Origin: the human T2T-CHM13v2.0 reference genome, Homo sapiens
Reading direction: 5' to 3' (one strand)
Assembly: GCF_009914755.1 (NCBI RefSeq)
Contig: NC_060944.1
Length of the DNA: 64,000 nt
Shown: positions 32,746-46,328 of the stretch, one piece after another
Layout: each line of letters starts with the position of its first letter
How positions within the stretch are numbered: position 1 is the stretch's first letter
Made by a program: the position numbers and the translations under genes
Notes under the pieces: model-generated
What the model was told of the DNA's origin: nothing
The model's input: only the letters and a program-made list of their open reading frames with translations
The model's database searches: none

Positions 32746-33879
32746 ATGTTACTTTTTCAAAAATGATTCTACTAGTCTATGGATTGAACCTGCTCCAGGA
32801 TGTGGTTCTTCTCAATCAGGATTTCAGACTCAAATAGTACAGGGCCGAGCAGTAATGTAAAAGAGAGACATGAGCTAGATATAGGGTTATAGGGAGTGGT
32901 GGGAACTGTAGCAAACTAGAGACTAAACCCCCCACCAACGCTGGGGATAGTGGGGTGTTACTTGGCTTCAGCCCATTGCTGCCCCTCTAGAATGGATCCC
33001 AAGGAGACCACATCTTTCCATTTTTCAAAGTGATCCCTAAAACTCTATTTAATGTGAAATCTCCTTATTCTTTTTCAATATGGACAATTGATATACACTC
33101 TCTTTGAAACACCTTGTGAAGCATACAAACACGTATAAGGCTGGCTTCATGCCCACATCTTGCAGTCTTGCTCCATATTTTCTTAACTGAACCACAGGTC
33201 CCGAGATGACTAGATGGGGCAAATCACAAGCTAAGTGGTGACTTGGGGAACCACACAGATCACCTCCTTTGGGTTCCCCCACCTCTGGCTTATTTCATCA
33301 GTGAGGTATGTTTCAGAGAACTTGAGTGATAGGTGTGGCCATAGTTGAGAGTGGAGCCCAGTGGCCTCCTCATGGTGAGATGGAGTCATTTCCCTATTTC
33401 TCTCCGGTGATGGCATCTTTCAGGCTGTCCCAGCCCAGCCAGTTTTGAGCAGTCTAAATCTTCCTGATCTCACTGCATCGGTCAAGACAGGAGCCAGTCT
33501 TGGCATCCTATGGGTTGTTGGACTGAGGCCGAGTTTCCTAATGTGAATCAGCAACTCTTCTGCACACAATGAAGTGGGTGAGGTTTCCCCATGCATGTCA
33601 GCATTCTCGCCCCTGTGCAACACCTCCAGCCTGGGGGGTCACTCTCCCCTCCCCTTCATGTGTGCTGGCAGGCTTGCTGCCTTTTGCTTGAGCTAAAGTC
33701 TTCTGAATTTAGAACGTATAGAGTTTAAATGGAGGGTCTTTCCTCTAGTTACATAACAAGTTAGATTTGGTCACCCCTATCTCCAAAAGCCACTGGAGGT
33801 AACAGGCGGAAACAGCTGGAGAGATTGAGAATGAGTTTGGGATCAGGAGGGAGTTTAGTTCAACAGCAATTTGCTAAGG

Positions 33880-34070
33880 CAGTGCTGTCCAACAGACCCT
33901 TCTGTGATGATGGAAATCCTCTGAGTGGCTGTGCAACGTGATAGCCCCTAGCCACAGGTGGCTACTGAGCACTGAAATGTGGTTAGTGCAACTGAGGAAT
34001 TGAATTTTTAATTTTGTTTAATTTTAATTAATTGTAAATGCACCTACTCTATTGGGCAGCACAGGTCTAA
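33880..34070 (+). mobile_element. MER3-like hAT-Charlie
   Basis: cagtgctgtccaacagacccttctgtgatgatggaaat...gtggctactgagcactgaaatgtgg. Confidence 0.82.
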
Positions 34071-34099
34071 GCAATGTTTCAAAGCTAACTCTTAAGTTG

Positions 34100-34500
34100 T
34101 GTTATGGACTGAATTGTTTCCCGCCCCTAAAATTCATATGTTGAAGCTGTTACCTCCAATGTGATGGGTTTTGGTGATGAGGCCTTTGGGAGGTGTTAGG
34201 GTTAAATGAGGTCATGAGGGTGGGGTCTTCAGAATGGGATTGCTGTTCTTATAAAAAGAAAGAGAGAGAGAGATCTCGACCTCCTTGTCTCTCCCTGAAT
34301 GCACATACTGAGGACAGGCCGTGCAAGGACACAGTGAGAAGGTGACCATATGCAAGCCAGGAAGAAGACCTTCACCAGGAATCCAACCAGCTGGCACGTT
34401 GACCTTGGACTTCTTGGACTCCAGAACTATGAGAAATAAATGTCTGCTGTTTAAGCCACCTAGGTGACAGCATTCTGTGACAGCAGCCTGCACTAAGACA
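34100..34500 (+). mobile_element. MaLR LTR (MLT1A/B-like)
   Basis: tgttatggactgaattg...ccagaactatgagaaataaatgtctgctgtttaagccacc...ctaagaca. Confidence 0.85.
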
Positions 34501-36089
34501 GTAGGTTTTTCCTAGACATGCAAAAGCAGAAATGGAAAAGCTAATATCCTGAGCATTTTGTTTGTTTCTCTTTTGAAGATGCTTCACCTTCTTCTCTTCT
34601 TGCCCCCACTATCAGACGGATTTTCAAAGCAAAGCAGGTCTACGTGTGGCATCAGGAGCTGGTGAGTGACAGAAGCTGGTGCCTTCATATAGCCGTCATC
34701 CCAGTAGATATTAAGGGAGCATCTCCTCTGTGCCAGGCACTGTGCCAGGTGCTGAGAAAGCAGAGGTGAGCAAGACAAATACAGTCCCTGCCCCCCTGGA
34801 GTTCACACCAGGGATGAGAGATGGACAATAATCCAATGATGGCACAACACATGTAAAATTGTACCTGTAAAGCTCTAGGACACAGGGCCAAGACAGAGTC
34901 TGCAACTGTCTGGCTCCAAGCCTGTGCTCTTCACTCTGCCACTGGTCACAGATCCAGATGCCTCATGAGCCAGCCCACAAGGTCAGTGTGTGAAGATGGC
35001 TGGGTGGCCCTGTGGCAAACTAAGGAGCCCCAGCCCTATATACCGGGGTAGCCCCACCCCATTAAAGCTGGTTATTGCGATGCCATAGATTATTCAAAAT
35101 TTAAATTAAAAAAAAACAAATGCCAGAAATCTTTTATAAGAAATTTCCCAATTAAAAAGACTTAAATTGGTAGCAACAAATTTTTAAAATAAAATAAAAC
35201 TTACTGTGCAAGCCAAAGCACATGTACAGATTGGATTCAGCCCACAGGCTGCCATTTTGCTAACTGTGTTCTCTATCATGACCATGGAGAGAACTGATGT
35301 GAAGGCAGGGGACTCTGAGCTCAGAAGGGGAAGAAATGGGGGTTAGCATATTCAGGACAGGGTGTAAGAAGGCAGAAGGGCCACAGGTTATGGATGTGTC
35401 CTGTCTCAGCCACATCAGCTGGAAGAATAATGATGGCGTGGTTTCTAGAATTAAGAGTTGAAGTTGAACAAGGGCTCAGCCCATAGAAGGAGCTTATCGA
35501 AGACATGCTGTGGCAACTTTGCCTGGCCACCCTGTAGCTCGCCAGTTACTTTGATGGGCAGCCATGGCTTTTATCCATATTTTCAGGGCAGAAGACAGGT
35601 GGAACCAGAATGATGCCATAATGGTTGTAACCAGTGGGTGGCCAATTTGGGGTTGACATAACTGTATCTGCAGGGGAAGCATGATCAGGTCCTTCTTCAT
35701 ATTTAAGGCTTACCTACTCCTTTTACCCCTTCCTCTATAAGTAGCACTGCTGTCTCTTACATCCTTTTCCTCATACCTCCCATTCATTCTGTCTACAAGG
35801 TTACTAACTTCCTTATTCTCTATACTTAACACATCTTTACATTTTGCCCATATCACCCAAGCTCCTTGCCTACTCACTAAGTTTTTATAACACTTCTTCC
35901 GAGTTTCATTCACCCCATCTCTTTTTCTTTTTTCTACAACACATAATTGAACATCGTTAAATATTCAATTAAGAATTATTGAACACAGTACAGTTACAAT
36001 TGAACATATTACAATAGCATTCTTACAAAGTTCTATGTATGTTAAAGCCCTGAAAAAAAATTCTGCTTGTAAAATGGACTGATGTGTTG

Positions 36090-36535
36090 GAACAGAGGTG
36101 AGCAAACTTTCTGTAAAAGAGCCAGAGAGTAAATATTTTAGATTTTGAGGGTCATAGGTCTCTGTCCCAGTTACTCGTAACTCTGTCATTGTAGATTGAA
36201 AACAGCCATAGTCAGTACGACAACGAATGGGCAAGGCTGTCTTCCAAGACAGTGTTATTTACAAAAGCAGGTGGTGGGTTGGATTTGGCTGAGCTCTGTG
36301 TTCTAGGGTCATATTATTAAAACCAGATCTTATCTGCCTGAATGTTTGGTTGGATATTTGAAAGTCAGGTGGGACCTGGGAATGGTCTTCCTTTTGCTGG
36401 ACTCTCCACACATTGCAGAATGTCTGCACCTCTGTCACCTGCCCACTAAATGCCACTAGTTCCTCCAATAAAAGTGTCCCCATGAATTTCCAGGCACCCC
36501 CTAGGGGTACTGCAGCCACCCAACCACTGGTTTAC
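36090..36535. mobile_element. MER58A-like element followed by a MER20-like relic
   Basis: MER58 motifs at 36090-36305; MER20-like cacccactaaatgccactag...ccctagggg at 36330-36535. Confidence 0.6.
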
Positions 36536-36727
36536 ACAGTGGCAGGTTCAGGCATGGGGAGAGGTGGCTGTGGTGTAGGAATGAACATCTGTCATTCACT
36601 CAGCAAACATTCACCAGCGTAGGCTCTGTTGCAGGCAGCATGCTAAGCATGGGCCACGCAGCCCCAGGCTGACAGTCAAGCCACACCTTCATGGAATTCA
36701 TATCCCAGGGAGAGGATACAGGCGGTG

Positions 36728-37215
36728 CATGAGTCTAGTTAACCTGCCATAACAAAATACCATGGTCTTGGTGGCCTAGACAACAGAACTTTATTTTCTC
36801 ACAGCTCTGGGAGCTAGAAGTCCCAGATGGAGGTGCCAGCAGATTCTCTTCCTTGTGAGGGCTTGCTTGTATATGCTCGCTCTGTGAACACATGGCCTCT
36901 CCTCTTTGGGTTCACAAGAGAGAGAAATCTCCGGTGTCTCCTTTTTTTGAAAGACAGGGTCTTGCTCTATAGCCCAGACTGGAGTGCAGTGGTGCAATCG
37001 TAGTCACTATAACCTCGAATGCCTGGACTCAAGCGATCCTCTCGTCTCAGCCTCCTGAGTAGCTGAGACTACAGGTGCACACCAGCCTGCTGCTGCTTAT
37101 AAAGACACCAGTTATTACCTTGTAACTCTTATGACCTCATTTAATCTTCATTACTACTCTGGAGGCCCTGTTTCCAAATACAGTCACATTGGGGGTTACA
37201 GCTTCAACATAACGA
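36728..37215 (-). mobile_element. MaLR LTR (MLT1A-like) with an inserted Alu monomer (~36943-37090)
   Basis: gccataacaaaatacca...tttattttctcacagctctggg...ccaaatacagtcacattggggg. Confidence 0.8.
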
Positions 37216-39461
37216 ATCTGGGGGCCACAATTCAGTTGCAACACGCAGTGGGTAAGGAAATGAGCAAATGACAAGATGATGTCAACTGTGATGAGTGCTC
37301 CAAGGAGAATAAACAGGGAGATGTAACAAAGAGAAACCAGGAAGGACGCCAGGCTCTCTGAGGAAGTGACAGTGGAGCTGGCACTTGCAAATTCGGAAGA
37401 GCCAGCCGTGGGTCACAAGTGTCGCCAGCAGATAGGAGGCCAAGTGGCTGAGGAGCCAAGGGGAGAGGGGTGGGGAATGAGTTGGCCGGTGCTCAGGCAC
37501 CGGGAAGCCATGGGGTTCTAAAACAGGGCAGGTGATCTGGTTTGCATCTCAGAAAGACCAGTTGACTGCTGGGATGAGTGGACTATGGGGGGATGGCAAG
37601 GGCTGCAAGGAGGCCAGGAGGGAGTTCTGTCCTGAGACAGTGCCTGACCTGTCCCTAGCTCTCCCTTCCCCTCCGCTTCTCTAGGTCAGACACAGTGAAG
37701 CCAGTATTCACAAGTGTACCTGTGACAATGCCTGCCAGATCTCAGTGACCCCATTCAGAAAATTCTAGAATTATTACAACTTATCCTTTTACTCCCAGAG
37801 GAATGAAGGCCCAGAGCACGGCTTTGATGAAGTTGCTTTTGTGTCACTTGTTTCTTATTTCATTTGTTTATCATTTTTATTTCTGACGTTTCGATGAAAT
37901 GAGAACTGGGCCCACAACCAAGGTCTGCACCTGCACAATTTGTTGAAAAGTCATAGATGAAATCTCTCTGCCATCTGATCATTGGCAGGGGCAGGGGTGG
38001 GGGAAGGGGAGTGGAATGAGAAAAAGGAAAAAAAATGCACCAAATTTTAAAAACCAGTACAAACACACAAAAAATGCAGAGTCCTATCCAAGGAACAAGT
38101 CCCTGCCCTGCTAATTCCTTAGAGATAAAAGGAGAGCAGCCTGCTCCCAGCCCAGGCAGCCCAGCCTTCTGTTCAGGAATTGAAAGGGGTAATTAAGGGG
38201 TAGGGGAAATACAGCCTCAGGCAGGGAGCCATTTATTAGAGAGGCACAGACAGACACACAGACCCTGCAACTCCTCAGTTCAGAGAGGAGGCACAGCCAG
38301 GACAGAAGCCAGGCTGTGGGATGCTCAGTATGTACCCTTAAAGCAAACCAGATTTTTGCTGCTCCTAAAAGTTCAGGTGGTAAAGCGGGGACCAGAGTCC
38401 AGATTCCACCCACCTTTGAGTTATGTGCTTCTTTCCCTGGGCCCGGGGAACATGCAGGGAATTCCTGATTTTTGTATTATTTCCCATTCAGTAGCTTTAC
38501 ACATGTCCCAGGAAGGCAGCTTAGCCCCCTAGTCCTGAATCCACCTGCCTTCTTACACTGCTTTTTATTTTTCATACATTTATTTTAAACCACATCAGTG
38601 CTATTAGTGTGTATCTTTCCAGAACATTCTCTATGTATGCATTTACGAGCTTATTTTTCTTCTCACCAGTAGAAAATCCTGTTTTTTTAAACACAAGTAA
38701 TATCTTGGTGTGCATCTTGTTTTATAAGTTGTCTTTTATATTTTTCGCCAATTAACATGTCTCGGAGATCTCTCAAAGTCGGTTCAAACAAACCCACTTT
38801 AGTCTCTTGTTTGGCCTCTGCAGACGCTGCAGTACTGCATCGAGAAAGCCAGATGCCGGGGTTGAATCTCCGCCTCTGCACTCACTGGCTGTGAGACTTG
38901 ATTTTCTCATCTGTGAAATGGGGTTTATAGGAGTAGCTTTTGTGAAGCCTGGGACAAAGTCAAGTGCTTCCTTGCTTTGGCTATCATGGTTAGTGTTATG
39001 GATATACCACGGCATTTAGCCATTCCCCTTGAAATGGACAAAACTTCCCACATTTCACTGTTTTCACAGAGAAGCCTGCAATCTTGAATTTTGGTTGCTG
39101 CAGCCATTTGCTGTCCCCGTATGTGTCTCCCTTTGTGGCAACCAGGGCCCCCTTCCAATTCCCGCAGCAGGCCTCGCCAGGTCTCGCCACACTTTGCATC
39201 TCTGCTACTCCAGCCCTAAACTGCAGCCTGTAAGAACTGGCAGCTCAAAAAGATTGTGCAACCCCCAAGACCATAGCTCAGGGCCATCCCAGCTGCTGCT
39301 GCAGGTGAGCCCTAGCCGGCTGCCTGACCTTTAGGTCAGTGGAGTATTTTTGATCGCTTAGGAGCAAGAGAAGAGAGCCAAGAGGAGGCAAATACCGAAG
39401 CCTGCTAGAGACAACCCAGGATCCCAGAAGTGTATTTCTAGAAGGGGTGATAGAGATCATC

Positions 39462-39662
39462 TAGGTCAGGGGTCAGTCCAAATAGGAAAAACTTCAGGCT
39501 TTGCAGGCTATACAGTCTCTGTTGCAACTGCTCAACTCTGCCAATGCACTGTGAACATTGTTATAGATGACACATAAACAAATGGCATGGCTGTGTTCCA
39601 ATAAAACTTTATTTACAAAAACAGGTGACCAGCCCACAGACCATAGTTTGCCAACTCCTGAT
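39462..39662 (+). mobile_element. MER58A-like
   Basis: caggctttgcaggc...ggctgtgttccaataaaactttatttacaaaaacagg. Confidence 0.82.
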
Positions 39663-40850
39663 ATGAGTTGGTCTAAGTCAATCCATCCCGGGGCCTGGGT
39701 GAGTTGCTATGGCTGCCTTTAGTGCTGTTCCTGACACTGAATCATACACAATGACCCAGAGTGGCAGGACTGTATTTCTTGCCCTTCTTGCAGGCAAGGT
39801 GTCGGGGAGAGGCAGTCAGCTAATTCTAGCCACTGAACTGAGAGTGGAAATGATCATGTCATGCCTAGGCCAGAGCATTCAATGGCCAATACAAGACTCT
39901 GCCAGTGTTCAAATTGAAGGCTGCTCCTTTAACTGGTGCCCTTGAGTGACTCCAGTGAACATAGTCCCTGATGATTCTCAATGGACATATAGCATGAAAG
40001 ATAGATCAACTTTGATTGCATTCAAGCCAGTGGGATACTGGGGATGTTTGTTACCACATCATACCATAACCTCTCCTGACTAATTTATTGGCACAAGAGA
40101 TTATTTTACATGGAACATGAAAGTGGCACTCAAAGTCATTGGGTCACATAGTGAGGAAGTCATTCCCCTTTCTGTCATCTTTCAGCCCTTCTGATTCAGT
40201 GATAAAGGGAGGAAGGAAGTCTCTATTTGATGCTGATATATCTTCAATGTGTCTCTAATCCCTGCAAATATTTCTTTTTAACAAGATGAGAGCAAACCCT
40301 AGGTTTAAGGTCTTTGGCAGACAACAGTATTTGGCTAGAATTAAAAACATTTGTTCCCTATGTATTTTTTGTGTTTTGTATTTATCATTAATGGCAAGTG
40401 GTATTGATTTTCTATTTACAGTAATAATATAAAGTCTTCTCAGACAAATTTATTTAAGTAAAAACAGTGAATGATTATACGGATAGGGCTTAGGACACAG
40501 GTAAGTTTCGCAAAAATGTGAGTCAACATTAAGCTGATATAAGGGAAATATTAAATAAAAGAATAGGCCAGGTAGTTTGAGGATATTTAAAAACTGTGTG
40601 GGGGCAGGGAGATGAGTAGAGTCTGGATGCAGGAATCTTGTTCAATATCTTCCTTGCATAAGTGCGCAAGTGGAGGCTTAGAGAGGGGATGTGCTTTGCT
40701 GTGGGTGAACCAGCTTCCCAGGACCAAGGCGAGGAGGGATCCCCAACTTTGCAATTCAGAGGCCAGGCTATCCTTGTGCCCGAGGCCCTGTCCCCACCAA
40801 AGTTAAAAGGAAAACTGAGGAATGCCAGTAAGTCAACAGAATTGCCTGGA

Positions 40851-41283
40851 TGTGTTTCCTAAGACTGTCATAACAAAGCACCACAGTCTGGGTCACTTTG
40901 AAGAATATAAGTTTATTGTCTCACAGTTCTGGAGGATAGAAGTCTGAAATCAAGGCATTGGCAAGGTTGGTACCTTCTGGAAGCTCAGAGGGAGACTGTC
41001 CCATGCCTCTCTCCTGGCTTCTGGTGGTGGCAGGCATTCCTTGGCAATCCTTGGCCTATAGATGCTTCACACCAATCTCTGCCCCCATCACCACATGGCA
41101 TTCTCTCTGTGTGTCTGGGTCCAAATTTCCTTCTTCTTATGAAGACACCCTAATCCATTATGACCTCATCTTAATTTGATTACATCTGCAAAAGACACTG
41201 TTTCCAAATAAGATCACATTTACAGCTACTGGGCCTTAGGAGATGAACATAGCCTTTCAAGGGACGCAACTCTACCCACGACA
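40851..41283 (-). mobile_element. MaLR LTR (MLT1C-like)
   Basis: cataacaaagcaccacag...tatgacctcatcttaatttgattacatctgcaaaagac...cccacgaca. Confidence 0.85.
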
Positions 41284-41371
41284 TCACCCAACCAGGGTCC
41301 CTGGCTGAGCTGCAAGAGGCTTGGAGCCAAGAACTGCGTCCTGTCCCTGAGCTGGCTGGGCTTAGCAAAAA
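41222..41371 (+). repeat. Source of a 150-bp direct duplication (copy at 45116-45265)
   Basis: Ungapped alignment at offset 3894 with 11 mismatches in 150. Confidence 0.93.
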
Positions 41372-41901
41372 TTGAAACCACCCTAGTGAAAGAGGTCGGT
41401 CAAGGATCCTGCTGCTCAGCTGGCTTGTATTAGTCTCAGTCTGAGACGGTGGCGGCAAAGATGGTCTAGGCCCCAGCAAGTGAGGCAGCAAGAGGCCAAT
41501 GCCAGCAAAGGTCAGGGCTCCCTCTTTAAGTATAAATAGAACCTTCTTCCCAGCCACCCCCTCCCATAGCCACACAATATCTCTTTCAAAGATCTCAAAA
41601 CACTGAAGCAGACCGTACCAAATTGACTTTATTGTTTTAAAACCAGCCCCTTCTGTCTGCCACCACCCGCCACCCCTTCCCGAAGGGGAAGAAAAAAATC
41701 ATAATAGATGTCTCTCCAGCGTGCACCTCTGTTCTCCTCTCTCTAATGGCAGCTTGGGACCCTGAGGCAGTGACGCTTAGTAATGTATCCTAATAGTCAG
41801 TGTTTGTCTGACAAATACCTAGTGACCACAAGCCTAATCAGGGCCGCCATGAATTAATGGTCAGTGTAGTGATGGGTGCTGAATGATCATAAAAATAGCT
41901 A

Positions 41902-42205
<304 letters not shown>

Positions 42206-43095
42206 TCACGCTGAATGAGGGCTTCTGGGGACCACGGACCAGGCTGAGCACTTGGCCAGTATTCACTCCCTTGGTCACCACTTCAGTGTTTGCAGCAAGT
42301 TGTTGCCATTTGACAGATGAGAAAACTGAGACTCCAAGGGAGGAAGCGAGAAAGCTGGGAGGTGGCGTAACCGGGATCAGGGCCGGGACTAGCATGAAGT
42401 AAGAGAGGCACTGGCTCCATGTGCAAAATGTAACAGAGTGCCAGGAAATTCAATCATGGATAACTATTTTAAGGCACTATTTAAAATAGCCAAAGTTCGC
42501 GCAAAAACTCCCTGATGAACAAAGTATCAAATTTTGAAATAAAGACAGACTCCTGCTGTTTGTTTAGTGACCCAGCAATATTGTGGAACAGGAATGGTCG
42601 TTTCCAATCAGCCCAGGGTTCTGGTGCATACGGGCATTATGGTCCTGCCGTGGCAGGGCTAGGAGGGTAAGCAGACAGATTTGGCAATACAGGGACTGTT
42701 ATAAAGTCATGCTTTTTGATAATAGTGTTTTTAACTTCTTCCACTTGCTTCGTAATATTGGAGGATATTTTGGGAAATGCATATAAGAGCATGTATTTTT
42801 CCTTTTGCCTCAGGCTTCAGTACAGCTTGGTTCAGTGCCAATCAGGACACTTCTCCAGGCAGCCGGAATCCAAAGTTCTTGCTTTATTTATTTCCTTCCT
42901 TCCAGTAGGTTCTACAGTTTTGCACACACCACCTATGTCACCTGCATAACCAAGTACAGGGGTTCAGAATGTGGCCACTGAACTCAGATCGCCTAAATTC
43001 AAATCCCAGTTCTGCCAGTTATCAACTATGTGACAGGCAAGGGGCTTTGTTTTTCTGGACCTCTGTTTCCACATTGGTAAGATACAAATGATGGG

Positions 43096-43482
43096 TGTAT
43101 TAGTTTGTTTTCACACTGCTATAAATAACTGACCGAGACTGGGTAATGTATAAAGGAAAGAGTTTTTATTGACTCATAGTTTAACATGGCTGGGGAGGCT
43201 TCAGGAAACTTACAATGATGGTGGAAGGTAAAGGGGAAGCAAAGCACCTTCTTCATAAGGTGGCAGGAAGGAGAAGTGCCAAGAGAAGCAAGGAGGAGCC
43301 CTTTATAAAACCATCAGATCTCATGAGAACTCGCTCACTATCATGAGAACAGTATGGGGGAAACCACCCCCATGGCTCAATTACCTCCACCAAGTCTCTC
43401 CCTTGACACCTGGGGATTATGGGGATTGAGGATTATAATTCAAGATGAGATTTGGGTGGGGACACAAAGCCTAACCATATCA
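43096..43482 (-). mobile_element. THE1/MST-type MaLR solo LTR inserted in a MIR
   Basis: tgtattagtttg...caagatgagatttgggtggggacacaaagcctaaccatatca; TSD atggg/gtggg. Confidence 0.9.
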
Positions 43483-43625
43483 GTGGGAATTCCCCTACTC
43501 ATCAGCAGGTTGTTGTAGTGATTAAATGAGTCAAAACTCATGCAACACTGAGAATAGACATGGCGCAAAAGAAGCACTCCATGTTCACTGGCATTATTAC
43601 GTGTTGCATTGTTATGTGTTGCATT

Positions 43626-44117
43626 GTATTATTAGTTTTCCATGACTTCTATAACAAATTACCACAAACTTCGTGGCTTAAAATAACATAAATTTGTTAT
43701 CTTACCATTTTGGATGTCAGAAGTCTTACTGGGCTAAAATCAAGACATCAGCAGAGCTTCTGGAGCCTCTAGGGGAGCATCTGTTCCCTTGCCTTTTCCA
43801 ACCTCCCAAGGCTGCCACTAGTCCTTGGCTTGTAGCCCCTTCCTCAAGCCAGCTACAGTGGGTTGATCTTCTGTAGTCCCATCTCTCTGACTCTTTCTGC
43901 TGCCTTTCTCTGCCACTTTTGAGGACCCTGGTGATTAAATTAGGCCCTCTCAGGTAATCCAGGATCACCTCCCGATCTTAAGCTCAGCTGCTTAGCAACC
44001 TTAATTCCATCTGAAACCCTAATTTCCCTTTGCCACACATGTAACCTAAATATCCACAAGTCCTGGGATTCGTATTGGATATCTTGGTGGGTAGGGGCAT
44101 TTGTTCTCTCTACCACA
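43626..44117 (-). mobile_element. MaLR LTR (MLT1D-like)
   Basis: ataacaaattaccacaaacttcgtggcttaaa...gcaaccttaattccatctg...taccaca. Confidence 0.85.
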
Positions 44118-44391
44118 CGTGTTCATCATTCAACAAGTATTTATTCACAGCATCTGCTGTGCAGCAGAATTAGGATTTACAGCAGTGACAAAACAGATAA
44201 AAACTGCCCTTGCAGGGTTTACATTCTAACAGGGAGAGGTAGATGTATATATATTTTTAATTTTAAGTAAAATTCATAGTGTTTCTGATGGTGATGGATT
44301 CATGTAGAAAAAATAATAGAGCAAGGGAGAGAATTAGGAAGCTGATGATTTTAGGTAGGGGTGGGGCGGTCAGGGAAAAAAGTCAACTACT

Positions 44392-44817
<426 letters not shown>

Positions 44818-45115
44818 TTAACCATTTTTAATTATACAGTAAGGAGTGTGAACTGTATGCACCACTTTGTGCAACAGATTTCTGGAACTTTTCCATCTTG
44901 CCAAACTGAAACTATATCCATTGAACAACTAGTCCCCGTTCCCCGCACGCAGCCCCTGGCAGCCACCGAGGACTTCCTGTTTCTAAGAGTGTGAGTACTT
45001 TAGATACCTCACGTAAGTGGAATCGTACAGTATTTGTCTCCTGAGGGGCTTTTGTGAAGAGAGTAGGGGCTTCTCGAACAGGAGAAAAACAAACAAAAAA
45101 ACATTGATCTTTTTC

Positions 45116-45265
45116 ACAGCTACTGGGCCTTAGGAGATGAACTTAGCCTTTTAGGGGATGCAACTCTACCCACGACATCACCCAGCCTGGGTCCCTGGCT
45201 GAGCCGCAAGAGGCTTGGGGCCAAGAACTGTGTCCTGTCCCTGAAATGGCTGGGCTTAGCAAAAA
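45116..45265 (+). repeat. Direct copy of 41222-41371
   Basis: Carries the MLT1C terminus plus the same unique flank as the source. Confidence 0.93.
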
Positions 45266-45349
45266 ACCAGAGCAGATGTCGAAATCACACACACACACAC
45301 ACACGCGCGCACAATTCTATAATGTGAGTTTCTAACTATTTTGACCTAG

Positions 45350-45700
45350 ACCAGGTGTAGGCTAACTAAAACCCTCAGGCCAAATCTGCCTGCTGTCTGT
45401 TTTTGTACCACCCATGAGCTTAAAATGGGTTTTACATTTTCAGATGGTTGAGGAAAAGAATCAAAAGAAGAATAATATTTCATGGCACATGAAAATGATA
45501 TGAAATTCAAATTTCAGTGTCTACTAATAAAGTTTTATTGGCACACGGCCACATCCATTCATTATGTCTATTGTCTGTGGCTACTTTCCTATCACAAAGG
45601 CAGAACTGGGTCATTGCAACCAGAGACCATATGGCCAAAGTAGAAAATATTTACCGTCTGTCCCTTTACAGAAAATGTTTTCCCGTCCCCTGATCTAGAC
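45350..45700 (-). mobile_element. MER58B-like
   Basis: caggccaaatctgcctgctgtctgtttttgtac...aataaagttttattggcacac...ccctttacagaaaatgttt. Confidence 0.82.
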
Positions 45701-45935
45701 CCACAGAAAGAAATGCGTTTTATATTTTAACCCTGAGCTGGCACTTGGGCATGCATATACCTACAATGGAAACAAAGTATCAACAAAATCACACCCTCAC
45801 TGCCTGAGATCAGTGCAGTATTCTCAATTCTCTTTTTTCTATTCCTGAGGCGGGGCATCTTGTAGTGATAAAAGACACAGATTGTGGAGCCAGCCTGCCT
45901 GGGTTCAAATCCTGGTTTTGCTGTTAACTGTGTGA

Positions 45936-46328
<393 letters not shown>

